A stretch of DNA of 63,193 nucleotides, the filler included, from Basidiobolus ranarum (lineage: Eukaryota): assembly GCA_040143965.1 (NCBI GenBank). It is 19 parts of 19 records of this genome, joined end to end, with 100 filler letters (N's around TTAATTAATTAA, not from the genome) between each part and the next. Parts side by side here need not be neighbours in the genome. Positions count along the whole stretch, not along the records: positions 36,694 to 39,922 come from JASJQH010002630.1; positions 40,023 to 43,250 come from JASJQH010002631.1; positions 43,351 to 46,576 come from JASJQH010002632.1; positions 46,677 to 49,901 come from JASJQH010002633.1; 15 more parts are not named here. One strand, 5' to 3'. Shown here piece after piece: positions 36,694-49,716 of the stretch. How positions within the stretch are numbered: position 1 is the stretch's first letter; every line of letters starts with the position of its first letter. A program made the translations under genes and the position numbers. Under the pieces are notes generated by a model. The model saw only the letters and a list, made by a program, of their open reading frames with translations. It searched no databases and was not told the origin of the DNA.

Positions 36694-39600
36694 AGCAGGT
36701 TGAGTTGTTTCCTCTAGTCTTGAATAACTTTAGTCGGTTCCCTGCAACTGGTAGTCTGAGTTTTGTTCCATCTAGTTCTGCAGTGTAATAGCTTCCATTA
36801 CCTACAACTTTAACAATTTTGTGTGGGCCTCTCCATTGGATGTCATACTTCCTGCTTCTTTGTTTCTCAAAGATGGAATCATACTCCAGGACAAGGTCAT
36901 CAACCTGTAGTGGCTTTGGTTGGAGATGATGGGTTTTGTCAAAGTAGTGCTTGTTAGAATTTCTGGCTAACTTCAGTTCTTGAGCAGCCTTTTCTACATC
37001 AACATGGTGTCTGTAAATTTGGGCTTTCCTGTTGATGAGAAGTTCTTTAGTGGTCTTATCAGTGTTCCAGTTCATAGTGTTTCAAGTTGTGCCTTCAGTT
37101 TCAATGGGAAGGATACATTCTTGTCCATATATCAGTCTGTATGGTGACATTCCAATTGTTCTCTCTGTAGTGATCCTGTCAGCCCATGGTGCTGAATGCA
37201 GCTTTTGTGGCCAAACTTGTGATTTGCCTTGACAGAACTTGACTATTGAGTTCACTAAGGGTCAATGCCCTCTCTCTAGTATCCCATTTGCCTGTGGATG
37301 AAAAGCTGTGGTGTGTGCAATATGTATGCACTACTTCAAGCAGAGGTGCTGGATCAGCTGTGACATCATCTCTCCTTGGTCAGCAGTGAATTGTCCTATA
37401 TCTCCATATTGGGAAATAATGTCTTCAAATATGAACTTCAAAACTGTTTCTGCTTTGTTGTTAGACAGAGCTCTGGCTTCCACCCAACCACAAAGGTCAT
37501 CTTTGGCAACAACAAGGTATTTTTTGTTGCCAGCTGTAGGCATATGTAAAAGTTCAACTCCTGCCTTCTGCCATATTGTTGGTACATAGGTGGGATAAAG
37601 TGGTTCCTTGTATCTTTTGGTCAATCTCCTTTGGCATGCTTCATGTGTCTGCACATATGCTTTGATATCCTGATATTGGTTGGTCTAATAGTATCTTAGT
37701 GTTGCATTCTTGAAAGTAGCCTCTCTGTCATAGTGTCCTCCAGGCTCTCCATCATGGATCTCTTTAATGATCCTCTGCTTTTCTTTAGAATCACAGATGA
37801 CTCATCTTGGTGTTTGTCCTGCCATGACCTGCTTGAAAAGTAGTCCATCCCTTACAAGAAAGCGATGGGCTTTCCTCCTGATGTTTCTGAATTTCTGGGT
37901 ATCTAAGATGTAGGGTTTTCATAATGTAGTCAAATAAGGCACAATATCGCTCCATTCTTCAGGTATAAGGGTACTGATGGAAACTTGGTGTATGTCAGCA
38001 TCAAGGGAAACTTTGAAGTTGTTTATCAGAGTGTATTTCATTGGGTCTTGGTCCCATTCTTGATAGTCCATCTGCAACAACATTTGTTTTTCCAGATAAG
38101 TGTACTACTTCAAAGTCAAACAACTTGAGCTAAGCCATCCAGCAGTTGGTAGCATCATCTGGAAGATCTGGTTTGTTGATCATCCCAATAAGTGGTCTTG
38201 CATCTGTTTCAAGTATGAAGTGAGTCATGTAGAGTTGGGCCTTCAGTTTCTTGATCATCTTTATGGCTCCAAGTAGCTCTCTCTTGATTTGGGAATATCT
38301 CTGCTCCCTAGGGTTGAATAAGCAGCTTTCATATCTGCAGGCACATTGGTTGCCTGCTTCATCATTCCAGCCTAAAAGAGCACATGCTCCAATAGGACTT
38401 GGGTCTACAGTGAGTATTGGTAGTCTGGTGGCATCTGCTAAGTCTAGTGGCTTAAGAATTGGATGTGAAGTTAGTGCTTGCTTCAGCTTCTCCATAGCAG
38501 CATGTTGATCAAGTTGCCATTCCAATTTCATATTCTTTCTCTGTAGTTGGTATACAGGTTCTGCAATTTCAGAGAAACTGGGTATCCATTTTCTAAAAAA
38601 TTCACAAGCAGCCACAAATCATCTTGCTTGGGTTAAGTTGATTGGTGTTGGCCATGTGAGAAGTTTCTCAATCTTAGATGGTAGTGGTGTTCTTCCATGG
38701 ATGTCACATTTCTGCCCAACTATGGATATTTCTGGCATTCCAAAGTCACTTTTCTCACCACTTATAGTGAGTCCAGCCTTCTCAATTTTGGTCAAAATCT
38801 GGTCATTGTCTTGTATATGGTCAGATGCAAATTTTCTTACTCCAGGGAGTACTTCAGTTGTGTCCTTGATAGGTTATCCTTTGATGCTATTGTCATCTAC
38901 AAGTACAGCTAACTTTTCTGGGATTAACTTCTAGAGGACATTGACCATCACATGTTGAAACCATGCAACAGAGATGGTTCTGCCTTGGCTGATTCTTGTC
39001 ATCCTAGTAGCCCAAAGGGAGTCTGTAGTCCAAACATGTCTCTTGAGGTTTCATCAATGGCAATTTGGTTACACCCTGAGTATAGATGATAGGTTGAACA
39101 TATGGAAGCTCCTACAAAGCTCTCTGCAAACTCTTCCATCAAAGGAGGTACTGCAGCATCCCTGATTGTTACTGCATTGGCTAGCTGCATTTCTTGTATG
39201 AATCTCAGTTTGCCATTCTTCTTCTTTGTGACAAACCAGTGGTTGGCATAAGGTCCATAGCATGGTTCTAAAATTCCAGTTTTAGTCTTACTCCTAAGAA
39301 GTGCATCCACATCTGGTTGCAGCCCTCTTGGTTATGGATAAGGTTAATAAGACCATGGTGTGTGTTCTATGGTGTGGATTTTTATTGGTTGCTCAACTGA
39401 GGACAATAGTAGTCCCATTTCCTGGTCATTTTACACAAACAATCTGTCATGTCTATCAATCATATCTCTGAATAGTTTGACTTCCTGAGGGCTGAAGTTG
39501 CTGTGGCCAATCTTGACAGTAGCTAGTCTCTTGGGAGTTAGTCTGATGCCAGTGTTAATGCCTAGTGGCTCCCTTTCTAGATTGGCTGGTCTGGTTCCAT

Positions 39601-39922
39601 CAGCAAGTGGCTTAAGGCAAGATTTTACTTTAGTAGCAACCATCTTGTACTTGGTTCTAACAATGGCTTCTTGTACTTTAGGTCCTATAGCAGTTCCCCA
39701 AGCTAAGTTGGAGTTGGATATATAATGTATTTGGTAGTGAGTATCTTCTTTGATGGTGCTTCTGCACTCAGTTTGAGTTCTATGGTTGGTAGCTGGTGCT
39801 CCACAAAAGTTAGCAAGCAGTCCTGGGTTGCTTCCATGAGTGGTTTACCAAATAGATACATCAGCCTAATTCATGACCATTGCTCTTGCTTTTGTCTCCC
39901 AAGATCTTTCAAGTAGTAGGTT
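36694..39922 (-). mobile_element. Ty3/Gypsy pol (RT, RNase H, integrase), decayed
   Basis: PYANHWFVTKKKNGKLRFI, LQTPFGL, RYSQIKRELLG, FILETDARPL and DDLCGWVEAR motifs, plus a WRGPHKI C-terminal module, in RT-RH-IN order. Confidence 0.93.
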
Positions 39923-40022
39923 NNNNNNNNNNNNNNNNNNNNNNNNNNNNNNNNNNNNNNNNNNNNTTAATTAATTAANNNNNNNNNNNNNNNNNNNNNN
40001 NNNNNNNNNNNNNNNNNNNNNN

Positions 40023-41495
40023 GAGGGCTTCCTTAAAGTCCTCCATACTTATAAATAAAGGTTCTAATTCTTCTTGAGTGAGAGGATTTGGATGTGAAGC
40101 AAGAAAGGCTGAGATAGAGTGTAGTTCTTTGAGTGTGCTCTTCATCTTAGGATCACTTGATTCGATGGAATCTAAAGACTCCACAGTTCTCTTTATATTT
40201 TCAAATACCTCTTCGTCGATAGTGCTCACTTCAGAGCTTTCATTTCCCTTGATCGAAACTGGTTCCTTTCGAATCGATTCGAATATTCGTCGTACGGCTA
40301 TCATACCAGCCGCACAGGTTAAAGCGTTAAGATCAGCTCCAACATAGCCCGCCGTTTGCTTTGCAAGTGCCTTGAAATCGAAATTCCCAGAAAGTCGAAG
40401 CTTCTTGGACAAGACTTGTAGAATTTTTTCTCTGGCTTCTTCACCTGGTACTGAGAGAGCGATTTCTCTATCAAATCTACCTGCTCGGCGTAAAGCGGAA
40501 TCCAAAGAATCAGGTCGATTTGTCGCCCCGATGATCAATACGGGTTTGTAATTATTTTTCTCCCAAGATAAATCATCCATACTCGTTAAGAGTTGAGCTA
40601 CTATTCTTCGTTCCATTTCACGCTGTGCGGTTTCACGCTTTGGAGTAATAGCATCGATTTCATCAATAAACATCAAACATGGTGCCATTTCTGAAGCTTC
40701 TTGGAAAATTTCTCGGATTTTCTTTTCCGATTCACCTGACATACCAGAAACGACAGAAGGTGCAGAAATACTAAGAAAAGGAACACCTAGTTCTCCAGCA
40801 ATAGCATTTGCAAGAAGAGTTTTTCCACATCCAGGTGGCCCGTGAAGTAAAATACCACGAGGAGGCTGAACACCAGTGTGGAGATAGACCTCAGGGTGAG
40901 TTAGAGGCATGGCGATCAGTTCCAAAATCTCCTCAATACAAACCTCTACACCACCCAAATCGCTCAAACGAGTTGTAGGTACTGGGTACTTGGAGTCGAC
41001 GGTTGCGCTCTTATGCCGCTTATTCTCTCTTTCGTCACAAGCGTATTCTCTTTGTCTACGCTTTGCGTTGGTGTTTTGCTTGTTGTAGCTTTGAGATTGT
41101 ACATTAGGTAAAGCAACCTCATTGTTCGGCACATTACTATTCTGAGAAATATCTTCTACAGGTACAATGTGTTCTTCTTCTTGTTGGATTGGTTGAGCCT
41201 CTACCTCAAGAATGGACCCCTCGACTGGGACCATCTCTGTATCAGCAGTTTCTTTCTCTACTAATATCGGGGAAACTTCAGTGCACTTGACTAATAAGTT
41301 GGCTATATTCTTCTCTAACAGAGGTTTCTTCATTTTACGTAAGGAAAAGTCCACTGTCTGAACATATTCTACCAAGCGGCATACTTCTAAGCTATCAGGT
41401 AATTGACCTTTTGGTGTTGTTTGATAAAATTGTATTAAACGTAGAAGTTTACGTTCCAAACCACTTAAACTAGGTGGATTTATGAGACGAACCAT
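40023..41495 (-). CDS. RIX7: AAA+ ATPase of the Rix7/NVL family, N-terminal domain and D1 (3' truncated)
   Basis: PPRGILLHGPPGCGKT, SAPSVVSGMSGESEKKIREIF, DEIDAITPKRETAQREMERRIVAQLLT and GATNRPDSLD. Confidence 0.93.
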
Positions 41496-41916
41496 CCTCC
41501 AAAGTCTAAACTATCACCCATTAATTTAGTGTCTATCCATATCTGAAGTGGCAAAAAAAAAATTCACTGTTTATTTATTTATTCATGAATTTCTTAAAAG
41601 TGGATCGAAGTTTATCTTATTGGATTATCAATTTGGTGAATTAGTATCAGTTTTATGTCTATTAATTCTCTTGTATTTTACAAGTTTGAATTCTTGAAAA
41701 ATAAATGGATCAACATGATTTTGGTAATACCAACAGCTCAATGTGGTTTATGAATGAAAAATCTCAATACAGATTGTTTGTTCATTCCCTTGATATTCAT
41801 TTGGATACATTTTACATGCAGTATAATTTTCAAAATTGGAATTGTGTTTGGTACATCTAGAGAAGTGTACACAGAGTCTGAGATATTGTGAGTATGATTT
41901 TGTTAGATAATATATC

Positions 41917-42465
41917 TGTTGGAGGATCTTGACATAATGGGGGTAGACTTTGTATACTAGAGGCAACTTATGATAGTGTTTTAGTTGCTCTATTTTTAAG
42001 AGAATATGGTAACTTACATAGTAGAGAAGTAAATCAATGGTATGAGATATTCAAGAGTTTATATAATAAGATATAATAGATAATCCCTATGAAAATTAAT
42101 TTTAGAAGACCTGGATTAGATCCTGATCAGTTGGTTGAATAACATCAAAAATCCTTCCTAATACCAGTAACTTGAATTTTGGCTGCTTTTTGTTGGAGAA
42201 TTAATCTTTATTCAGCATCTCAGTTAGCTTTGGTTATGGTACATATATCAGAAAAAGAAAACAATGTATCTTTAGCCCCTACATTCTAAATAGGAATATC
42301 TTTATATATATACAACAAGTATGTCTTATAACCCACACTTATCTATTATATCTTATTAGACAAACTCCTGGATATCTCAAACAATTGATTTACTTCTCTA
42401 CTATATAAGTCACCATATTCTCTTAAGAATCATGTAACTAAAACACTATCATAAGTTGCCTCTAC
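41917..42465. repeat. Two partial family F LTRs in inverted orientation (41917-~42084 and 42191-~42465)
   Basis: Match the two strands of 7691-8001. Confidence 0.78.
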
Positions 42466-42643
42466 TATATATAATACTAAATAAAAAATACTAATGGCAG
42501 GAGTATCACAAATACATATAATGATATTAGCTTTAAAACAATATTCACTCATCTGAACCCTATTAGATAACCATTCAAATTCTATTACACATTTACCACT
42601 TGAATACTAATTTATGATCTTCAAAATCCCCAGGTTCCTTGAT

Positions 42644-42985
42644 CCCTAACAGAAATTTGAGGATTGTTATCCTAAGAAAACCATCACAATTTTAATCCAT
42701 TTTGGATTGACCATTTACTTATCATCATGAAATTGTCAAGTAAGATTTGATTTTATTAAATTTTATCAGTTTCAGGAGTGATATTTTGAGATCTTGCAAA
42801 AATAGTTGCACCTGATTGGCTACAATCTCAGAAGACTATGGATCAATACATATGCAAAAACTGTAACTTAAATTTTACACATTTACCACTTGAATGCAAA
42901 TTTGTTGTCTTCAAAATCTCTAGTTTCTTTGATATATTCTACTAAATATTTTTATAGAGTTCTTAATACCAAAGGTTTCACAAGT
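42644..42985 (-). mobile_element. Family D terminus starting CCCTAACAG, adjacent to further D and Tnp2 scraps (~42495-42643)
   Basis: Reverse complement of the family D terminal segment. Confidence 0.85.
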
Positions 42986-42998
42986 TTTTATCCATAAC

Positions 42999-43250
42999 TG
43001 CTGAAATTAGCATTGCCTAAACACCTATATAGTCATATATAGCTTAGTACTTAGTTACTCTATAATTCACTAAGATATTATCCATTATCCTCAATTGGAA
43101 TTTACTTAGAATATTGACACCAACTTGGAAGTTCTTGGATATATAGATTTTTCAAACTTGTGCTAAAAGCCCCAAACTTAGCACACATGTTTCTGGGACC
43201 TTCCTTAATGTATTTTACATGCTATTTTGTTTAAAACTTGACAAAACTAT
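42999..43250 (+). repeat. Copia family A LTR (cut by contig end)
   Basis: Matches 2798-3050. Confidence 0.88.
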
Positions 43251-43350
43251 NNNNNNNNNNNNNNNNNNNNNNNNNNNNNNNNNNNNNNNNNNNNTTAATT
43301 AATTAANNNNNNNNNNNNNNNNNNNNNNNNNNNNNNNNNNNNNNNNNNNN

Positions 43351-44570
43351 CATTCTGAAATCATGCTCTATAAAAAGCGGTCAGCATAAGAAGGGTAAAA
43401 TCAGTAAACCTAACAGAGAATCGTACCATTGTAGTATCCACTGCGTCCACGATTCTATAAAATGAAATTTCGATTGATGGTCAATTGCTCCATGTTCACA
43501 CAGTATTAAACAGAAATGATCTCTTACGGGGTATTGTGATATGTAACTGCGCCCTCTCCCAGGAAAATGAAAAGCGCCTCGAGTAGTGGCACCTGCTCGA
43601 GAGCTTTTACGATAACTACTATTGGTACTACTGTGATTTGAGGGGATATCAACGGGATTGCGTCTTCTCTTGTAAGCTTGATTGGGGACGCTAAAAGAGG
43701 CGTCCTGCGAAGGAGTAGTATCTTGTGATTTCCTATTTATGTCATCATTGTCTAAATATTTGGTGGTAAGTCTCAGTCTGGGGCAATAAATAAGTAGTAG
43801 AATTGAAGTGTTTTTAATAAGTAAATACCTGTGGAATTGTGTGCTTTGTTATCTATATCCTCTACCTTGCTAAAATAATAATGTTGAGTAAGAAATAATA
43901 AATTGAAGTTTAAGAAATTCATAAGTTTCGTGGCCAAGTAAAAAGGAATCCTATATTTGAAATTAACATACTCCTGTTTAATTTCCTGTATGGCCCCTTC
44001 TCCACAATCGCCATTTTGCTCTGAGATCATTCTTTTAAAGGTAAGGAAAAGCTTATGCTTCTCCTCACTAAGCTTTTCTATTTTTTTCATTATAGTGTTC
44101 TCTTCAAGTTGCAGTTTCTCCATGTCCACTGCCTTCGGGTCACTTTGAGATTGGCCACTATCAGGTGGTGTTCGACTCTGCTGAGTGGAATAGCTAGAGT
44201 TTTCTAGATTTCTGCCTACAATAGGTTTCTCGATGCCATTTGGGGAATCCAAAGTATCTATTTTGTTAGAGGTTAAATATTCAGCGAGGGTGGTGTCATT
44301 AGAAGCTCCGGTAGGATGAGTTTGTATAGAAGGTAAAATAGAGGTGGGACTATCGACTGATTCACCAAGATTAAGAGAAGGATGAAAGTTTTCATTTTGA
44401 GGTGTATCGATATTTTCCGTCGCTTTAACTAATGTCTCTTGATTTTCGTCTTCAGTATCAGAAAGTATATGCTCTTCTATGAGGTCCTTTCTGCGTGAAA
44501 TAGCTTTCCTCAAAGCTTCTAGTGTTTTAGGTTCAGTTGAAAGATTGTTGAGTTGAACCAGAACTACCAT
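43351..44570 (-). CDS. Intron-containing coiled-coil / low-complexity protein with a GPS2-like motif (3' truncated)
   Basis: Long first exon from ATG 44570 to ~43971, GT-AG introns downstream that keep the frame open, and the motif KIEKLSEEKHKLFLTFKRMISE. Confidence 0.7.
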
Positions 44571-46376
44571 ATTTTGAGTCAAAAGAGTACAATACAACAA
44601 GTTCTTTTCGATAAAAGTAACTTTTTCAAAGCAAGTTGAGCCAGTAGTAAGCTCAAACCCATGGTAAATAGTTGGCTTTTTTCTCATATCTTACATCCAT
44701 TTGAAACGCATTGAGAGCTAGTCACGGGTAAAATCACAGTATAGTCTTCTAATGCTCTGACGATTCAGATATAATATGAGTCCACCAATAACTATGCTCT
44801 TTCATGAATCCCCGGACGCTTACGGAAGCTGTTTGAGGAGGAGCGAGCGGTTCTGAGTGATCCGACTACATTGGCAAAGTCTGTGCAACAATCAGATTGT
44901 GTTCAGTTTTCAGAACGCCTTGATACCCACACGAATTTGCATTATGAAATAAGGGAATCTAACTCGGGCTTCGGTCCACATCCCAACTTGGAAAAAGGAT
45001 GATCACTTCTACTTTCATGTGGCTCATCCGATTCTACACCTGATTAAGGGATGAACTTGCTGAGGATGATCTAAGAAGCAGCATAAAAAGGGCATCTAGA
45101 CTTCAGCACTACTGTTGACTAGCTCCCCCACACGTTGGAATACTTGTAGAAAAACGTTTTCCGTGGCAGCAAGTGAGTTATGATCCCATATGTATTGAAT
45201 TTTCGCAATGACGATCGCCTATCATTTCGAGGGAAAAGGGGCAAATGCTATTCATATGAACCCGCACTATGTTTTCTGCTCATTAGGATGTTGGGGTGAG
45301 TATCGATTACTGAGACTCACCGGAATCAATACAGGATGTTTCAGCACTTGAGTTGAATGTCAGAAATACCATCTGGTTTTAGGTGCACTAAACACAGGCT
45401 GAATGGGCGGGAATAATAATTATCACAGACCAAGTGGTACATTTGGTAATGGTGCAACAAAGGGATAGTTATCTCAAGAGAAGGTGTAGTAGGATGCATC
45501 ATCAGCCACAATGTGACGTTTGGAGCAGAGACCAAATGCATCGATTTCTAAACAAAAAGCCATGCGTAAACTAGAATAATCCATATACCGGATTGCAGTG
45601 GATCTTAACATGCTTACTATACGCAGCCCGTTCAACTAATAGCGTTCATTACTCCGCTGACATTGGAGGACAATTACCGGCGTTTCATAAAACATTCGCA
45701 CTTCTCCGTGTTGCATATTTATCGCTAGCATCATTAATGTGGAAGATGCCAGTTCAACCATATTTCGTGTAGCATATTACCAGATTTTGTCATCCATTCA
45801 ACGACCCTCTAATTGGCGACTCTAAATGGATACCATAGCACTTCCATTCCATAAGTCCATTCTCTGGAGGTAACAGTGATGTATATAATTTCTGAAATGC
45901 TGCATCAATTAACCACTTCACTCATTCGGCAGTAACATGGTCTGGAGGTGCTTGGGTAGCTCATGTGACCGCTATGTTGCAAGCATACGGTTAAGAACTC
46001 GGATGGTTGCTTTCGGAATATTTAATAAACCTTGATCAGGATCACCAAGATTTCGAAGACACGGGAGAGTGGCAATTATGTACTTCTTGAGCAGACAAAT
46101 CATCGCTCACAACTAGACCCATAATTTCCTCCTGCCATGTTGGAACGAATTATATTGGCTTAGCTTATATATAGGTTACATGATTTATATGGGTTTTTAC
46201 TAGTTTCTGAGCAACATATCTATTGTGTGTACCATGGATTTTGTACGGTGAAATCCTGATAAATGGTGACCTGAATTTGTCAGCTGGTCCGTCTCTCGTT
46301 CCAATAAATATTCACTTTGGTCAATGAGCCCACGGTTTTTGGATTTTGATCTTCTTCATTGCCTTTTGATTTGATC

Positions 46377-46576
46377 ATGCTAAAAGAGAGCCTAGTCACT
46401 CCTCAAATATCCACCCTGTATCAAAGAAAGTGTGAGCGTCCAAAGGAGGAGGCAGTGGCCGTTATTCAGCGTTGGTGGAGGGGTCGCCCTTTTGCTTCAC
46501 TCATAAGAGAATACTGCCGTTTCAATGTTTCCTTACGTCGATTGCAGCGTTTACCTGTTGATAACGTTATGGAACT
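46377..46576 (+). CDS. Start of an IQ-motif protein (possibly TCP11/SOK1-like), truncated
   Basis: AVAVIQRWWRGR IQ motif. The frame is open to the contig edge. Confidence 0.5.
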
Positions 46577-46879
46577 NNNNNNNNNNNNNNNNNNNNNNNN
46601 NNNNNNNNNNNNNNNNNNNNTTAATTAATTAANNNNNNNNNNNNNNNNNNNNNNNNNNNNNNNNNNNNNNNNNNNNTCAGTATGCCAAAACTACTGGTGT
46701 TTTGTAATGCAGAAGCAGTTGTGCCCAATTGAAAATCAGGATACTGTGTTAGTGAGGGACAAATGATTGGCCTAAAAACATGTGAATGTCTCAGTTATAC
46801 ATTTGATTGCGTAAGTTACAGTATAAATTGTTTATTGTTACATATTCAGTAATTTGTAAGTTTCAAACTAGGGGATGAA

Positions 46880-47128
46880 CTTACTTTGTCAGTTACCCAA
46901 AATTGTAATTCGGCAATACTAAATTGGGTAACTTGGTACAGGCTGGCACAATATCTCCAAAAAAACATCGTGTCCGATTATGGTTGGATAGTGCCATATT
47001 GTTCCTTATAGTGTCCGATTGAGTGTTATAGGACCCAGCCATGGTAATTGAAGATTGCACCAGATGGTGTATTAGCAGGCTGGATTGAGCAGCACAATCT
47101 GACCTGGTCCAATGGAACAAGTCTAGTG
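46880..47128 (+). mobile_element. Right end of a longer family E CACTA element
   Basis: Ends TGGAACAAGTCTAGTG (CACTAGACTTGTTCCA on the other strand) and carries GGCAC/GTGCC subterminal motifs. Confidence 0.7.
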
Positions 47129-47498
47129 TTGAAGTCTTGTGAGTAGTCAACAGGGCCAACAATCTGATGTCAGTGGGAGGATAAATAGTGATCAAAGATT
47201 GATAGTGTTGTAATGGAATGTCATTGTGGCTAGAACTGTTATATCAAAGGGTGAGAGACATCCAATAGAAAGTAAAATCTTTAATGAGATGAGCAGAGGG
47301 ATTTTCATCTGAGACTTACTAATATACTGTAAATGCTCTGCAACTGAGATATATTATAATTGCTCATCACTTGCCAAGATACATGATCCAATAAATACCT
47401 AAATAAAGCACTGATAAAGATTCTGATCTATATGAGTACTATTTGTATATTGTTCTTGATAATGAGTGATCATATTGATAAGCTATGGTAAACATTAT

Positions 47499-47688
47499 GA
47501 CTAGACTTGTTCCATTGTGCCAGGATTTATTGGACCTTGAATCAATGTATTAGAGTAAATGTGATTGAAACTAATCATGCCTGAGGGTGAAGGATAGTGC
47601 CAAATTTTGCCGCATAAGTTTTAGAATACTTTATCCAATATGATATAAACAGCACAATCTGGCACTATCACAGAGAACAAGTCCAGTG
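47499..47688 (+). mobile_element. Complete 190-bp CACTA-type MITE (family E) with 3-bp TSD TAT
   Basis: TIRs GACTAGACTTGTTC and GAACAAGTCCAGTG, with TAT at 47496-47498 and 47689-47691. Second copy at 33107. Confidence 0.9.
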
Positions 47689-48399
47689 TATTTCCACAAA
47701 GACCTTCCTTGGAAGGTCACCTGGTCATCCTTACATCATCCCTCTTTGTTTTGGTCCTTGTAGACCCCAACACCCCAACTCTTGAACTTGCCACATTATA
47801 TTCTCTGTTCAGTATATTATGTTTCACCTTGCAAAATCTATATAAGCCCCATGTATTCCTTGATCAGACCTCAGTCTGATCAATGCCAGTTATCAATAAA
47901 GATTCTTGGCAAGGCATCTTCCCTGTCCAGTCTTGTCTTGTCTTGTGGTCTACACCCCAGTACTCTCCTGCCTTCTAGCCTTTTGTTGTTGTTTTCAGTC
48001 CTTGTTTAGTTCCTTATTGTGACAGCTTTATCAGACTACTTACACTTGCCTATAGACTTCTCTCCATCCCAGTTCTCCCATCTTTAACTAACTGAGCAGC
48101 TAAAAAAGAATATTGCAAAAGCAATATCTTAGTAAAATGAAAAATGGCTAAATACTAAGCTATATAAGACTATATAAGTGCTTAGGCAATGCTAATTTCA
48201 ACAACATCTTCACATAAGACAGCATTTGCACAAGAAAAAGTTCAAGGCCAGAAAGTGGACACTATTCTCTATATTTCCAAAATGTTGCTTGCAGATATAT
48301 CACAAACCACTTAAAACTTCAAGTTTTAAGAGGTTAAGAGCAGGCATTGATATTAATAAATATGAATGCAATGCAGAACAAGTATCAAAAAGAAGGTGT

Positions 48400-48708
48400 T
48401 GCATAATCACCATTATTCAACATCTTAGCTAACTTTAGGTATGATCTCTATATCAGACACAAAAAAGAAAACATCCATGGCCCCTGTATTCAAGCTTGGA
48501 GTATCTCTAAAACTATATAAGCAGTATATCTTATTATAGCCACTTATCTATTCTATATGGTACACAAGCTCCTAAATATCTGAAAAAATAAATATACATC
48601 TCTGCCATGTAAACTGCAATATTCTCTCAAGTATAATGTAAATACAAAACTATCCCAATTTAACTTTAACGTAAGAAGTCTACCCCACCATGTCAATATC
48701 CTCCAACA
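48400..48708. repeat. Diverged family F LTR
   Basis: Ends ...AATATCCTCCAACA, the reverse complement of the LTR-F start. Confidence 0.65.
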
Positions 48709-49219
48709 AATATAATTATCAAACATGAAAAGTCAAAATGTGACTGTTGGTGGATGAAATAAGATTTTGGGAAGTAATAGAAGGAAAGAAAAATATTGAG
48801 AGCAGCTTGGAAAAGAAACTTTATGTTAGATTTGAAATCAACTAGGTGACTAGTTTACAACTCACTTCCAAGTTGATAACAAAACTAAGACTAGTTTTAG
48901 AGCCAAAGCTGCCAAGAAAGTCGGCAAAGCCTTGGCTGACTCCAACTGAGCATGCTGCTCTGACAAAATCCTTGACTTACTAAGACAACTCCTCAAAAGA
49001 CATATGTAGGCAGTGCAAAATATTTGATTGTTAATTGATGGGTACATTGATTGTATGGATGAAATGGATGGCATCAGATCACTTCTTACAAGCAAAAATC
49101 TGTTAAATGTAGCGCCAAATAGTGTACCAGCCATATTTTTGAGCCCAATAATAGCCCCAGTGTAAAGAAACAAAAAGCTACCATTAAGATAAGTAATTTG
49201 CCCAATGTTTATGAAGTTC

Positions 49220-49716
49220 ACTTAAGACAAGAGTCCTGCAAAGCAAGTGAAGCCAGTGAGTCTGTGAGTATTGAGAAGTTTTCTGATCAATGTTAATCAG
49301 CTTGTTTAAGTGCATGGACCTTGGTGGCTGAGGTTCTTTCCTTATCTGTATTTCCAAATGTGGCTTCCAGTTCAGCAAGAAAGTCAAGGAAGTTTGAAAG
49401 AAGTGGAGATTGACTTTCCATCAAAGAAGCAAAGCAAGATAGAGCTCTTCCTGATGATAGTGTTCCCACTAAGCCTATTTTTGTTTGGTCAGAGGAGCCG
49501 CAATGGGGATGTAACTGGAGGATGAGCTTTACTTGGTTAGTAAAACCACAATAGTTTTGGTGAGTGCCATCAAACTTATTTGGTAAGTAGATCTTGGGTT
49601 CAGGAGTTGGACTTGCTGGATAGTTGGGTGGCACTGGATTCTGTACTTGGGCAAGAGAAGAACAAAGTTCTTGATTTTCTTGTTGAAGCTGAGTAAGAGC
49701 TTGCATGATATCTTCC
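49220..49716 (-). mobile_element. Ty3/Gypsy gag (Sushi/PEG10-like capsid), decayed
   Basis: LQQENQEL...PEPKIYLPNKFDG...F..QVKL......P...KIGLVGTL.SGRAL..F...FLAELEATFG...ALKQ. Confidence 0.85.

Noticed and set aside
41917-42465. Long inverted repeat as a hairpin RNA gene or MITE
   Set aside because: Explained by two partial LTR-F copies in opposite orientation.
44700-46300. Possible decayed kelch-like pseudogene in unique DNA
   Set aside because: Only faint fragments (PPRWNT, DDRLSFRG) and no consistent frame, so it cannot be supported without a search.
47219-48024. Possible Gypsy-type LTR (TGTCA...TGACA, TATA, AATAAA) hosting the MITE
   Set aside because: No TSD, no PBS or PPT, and no second copy in the window.
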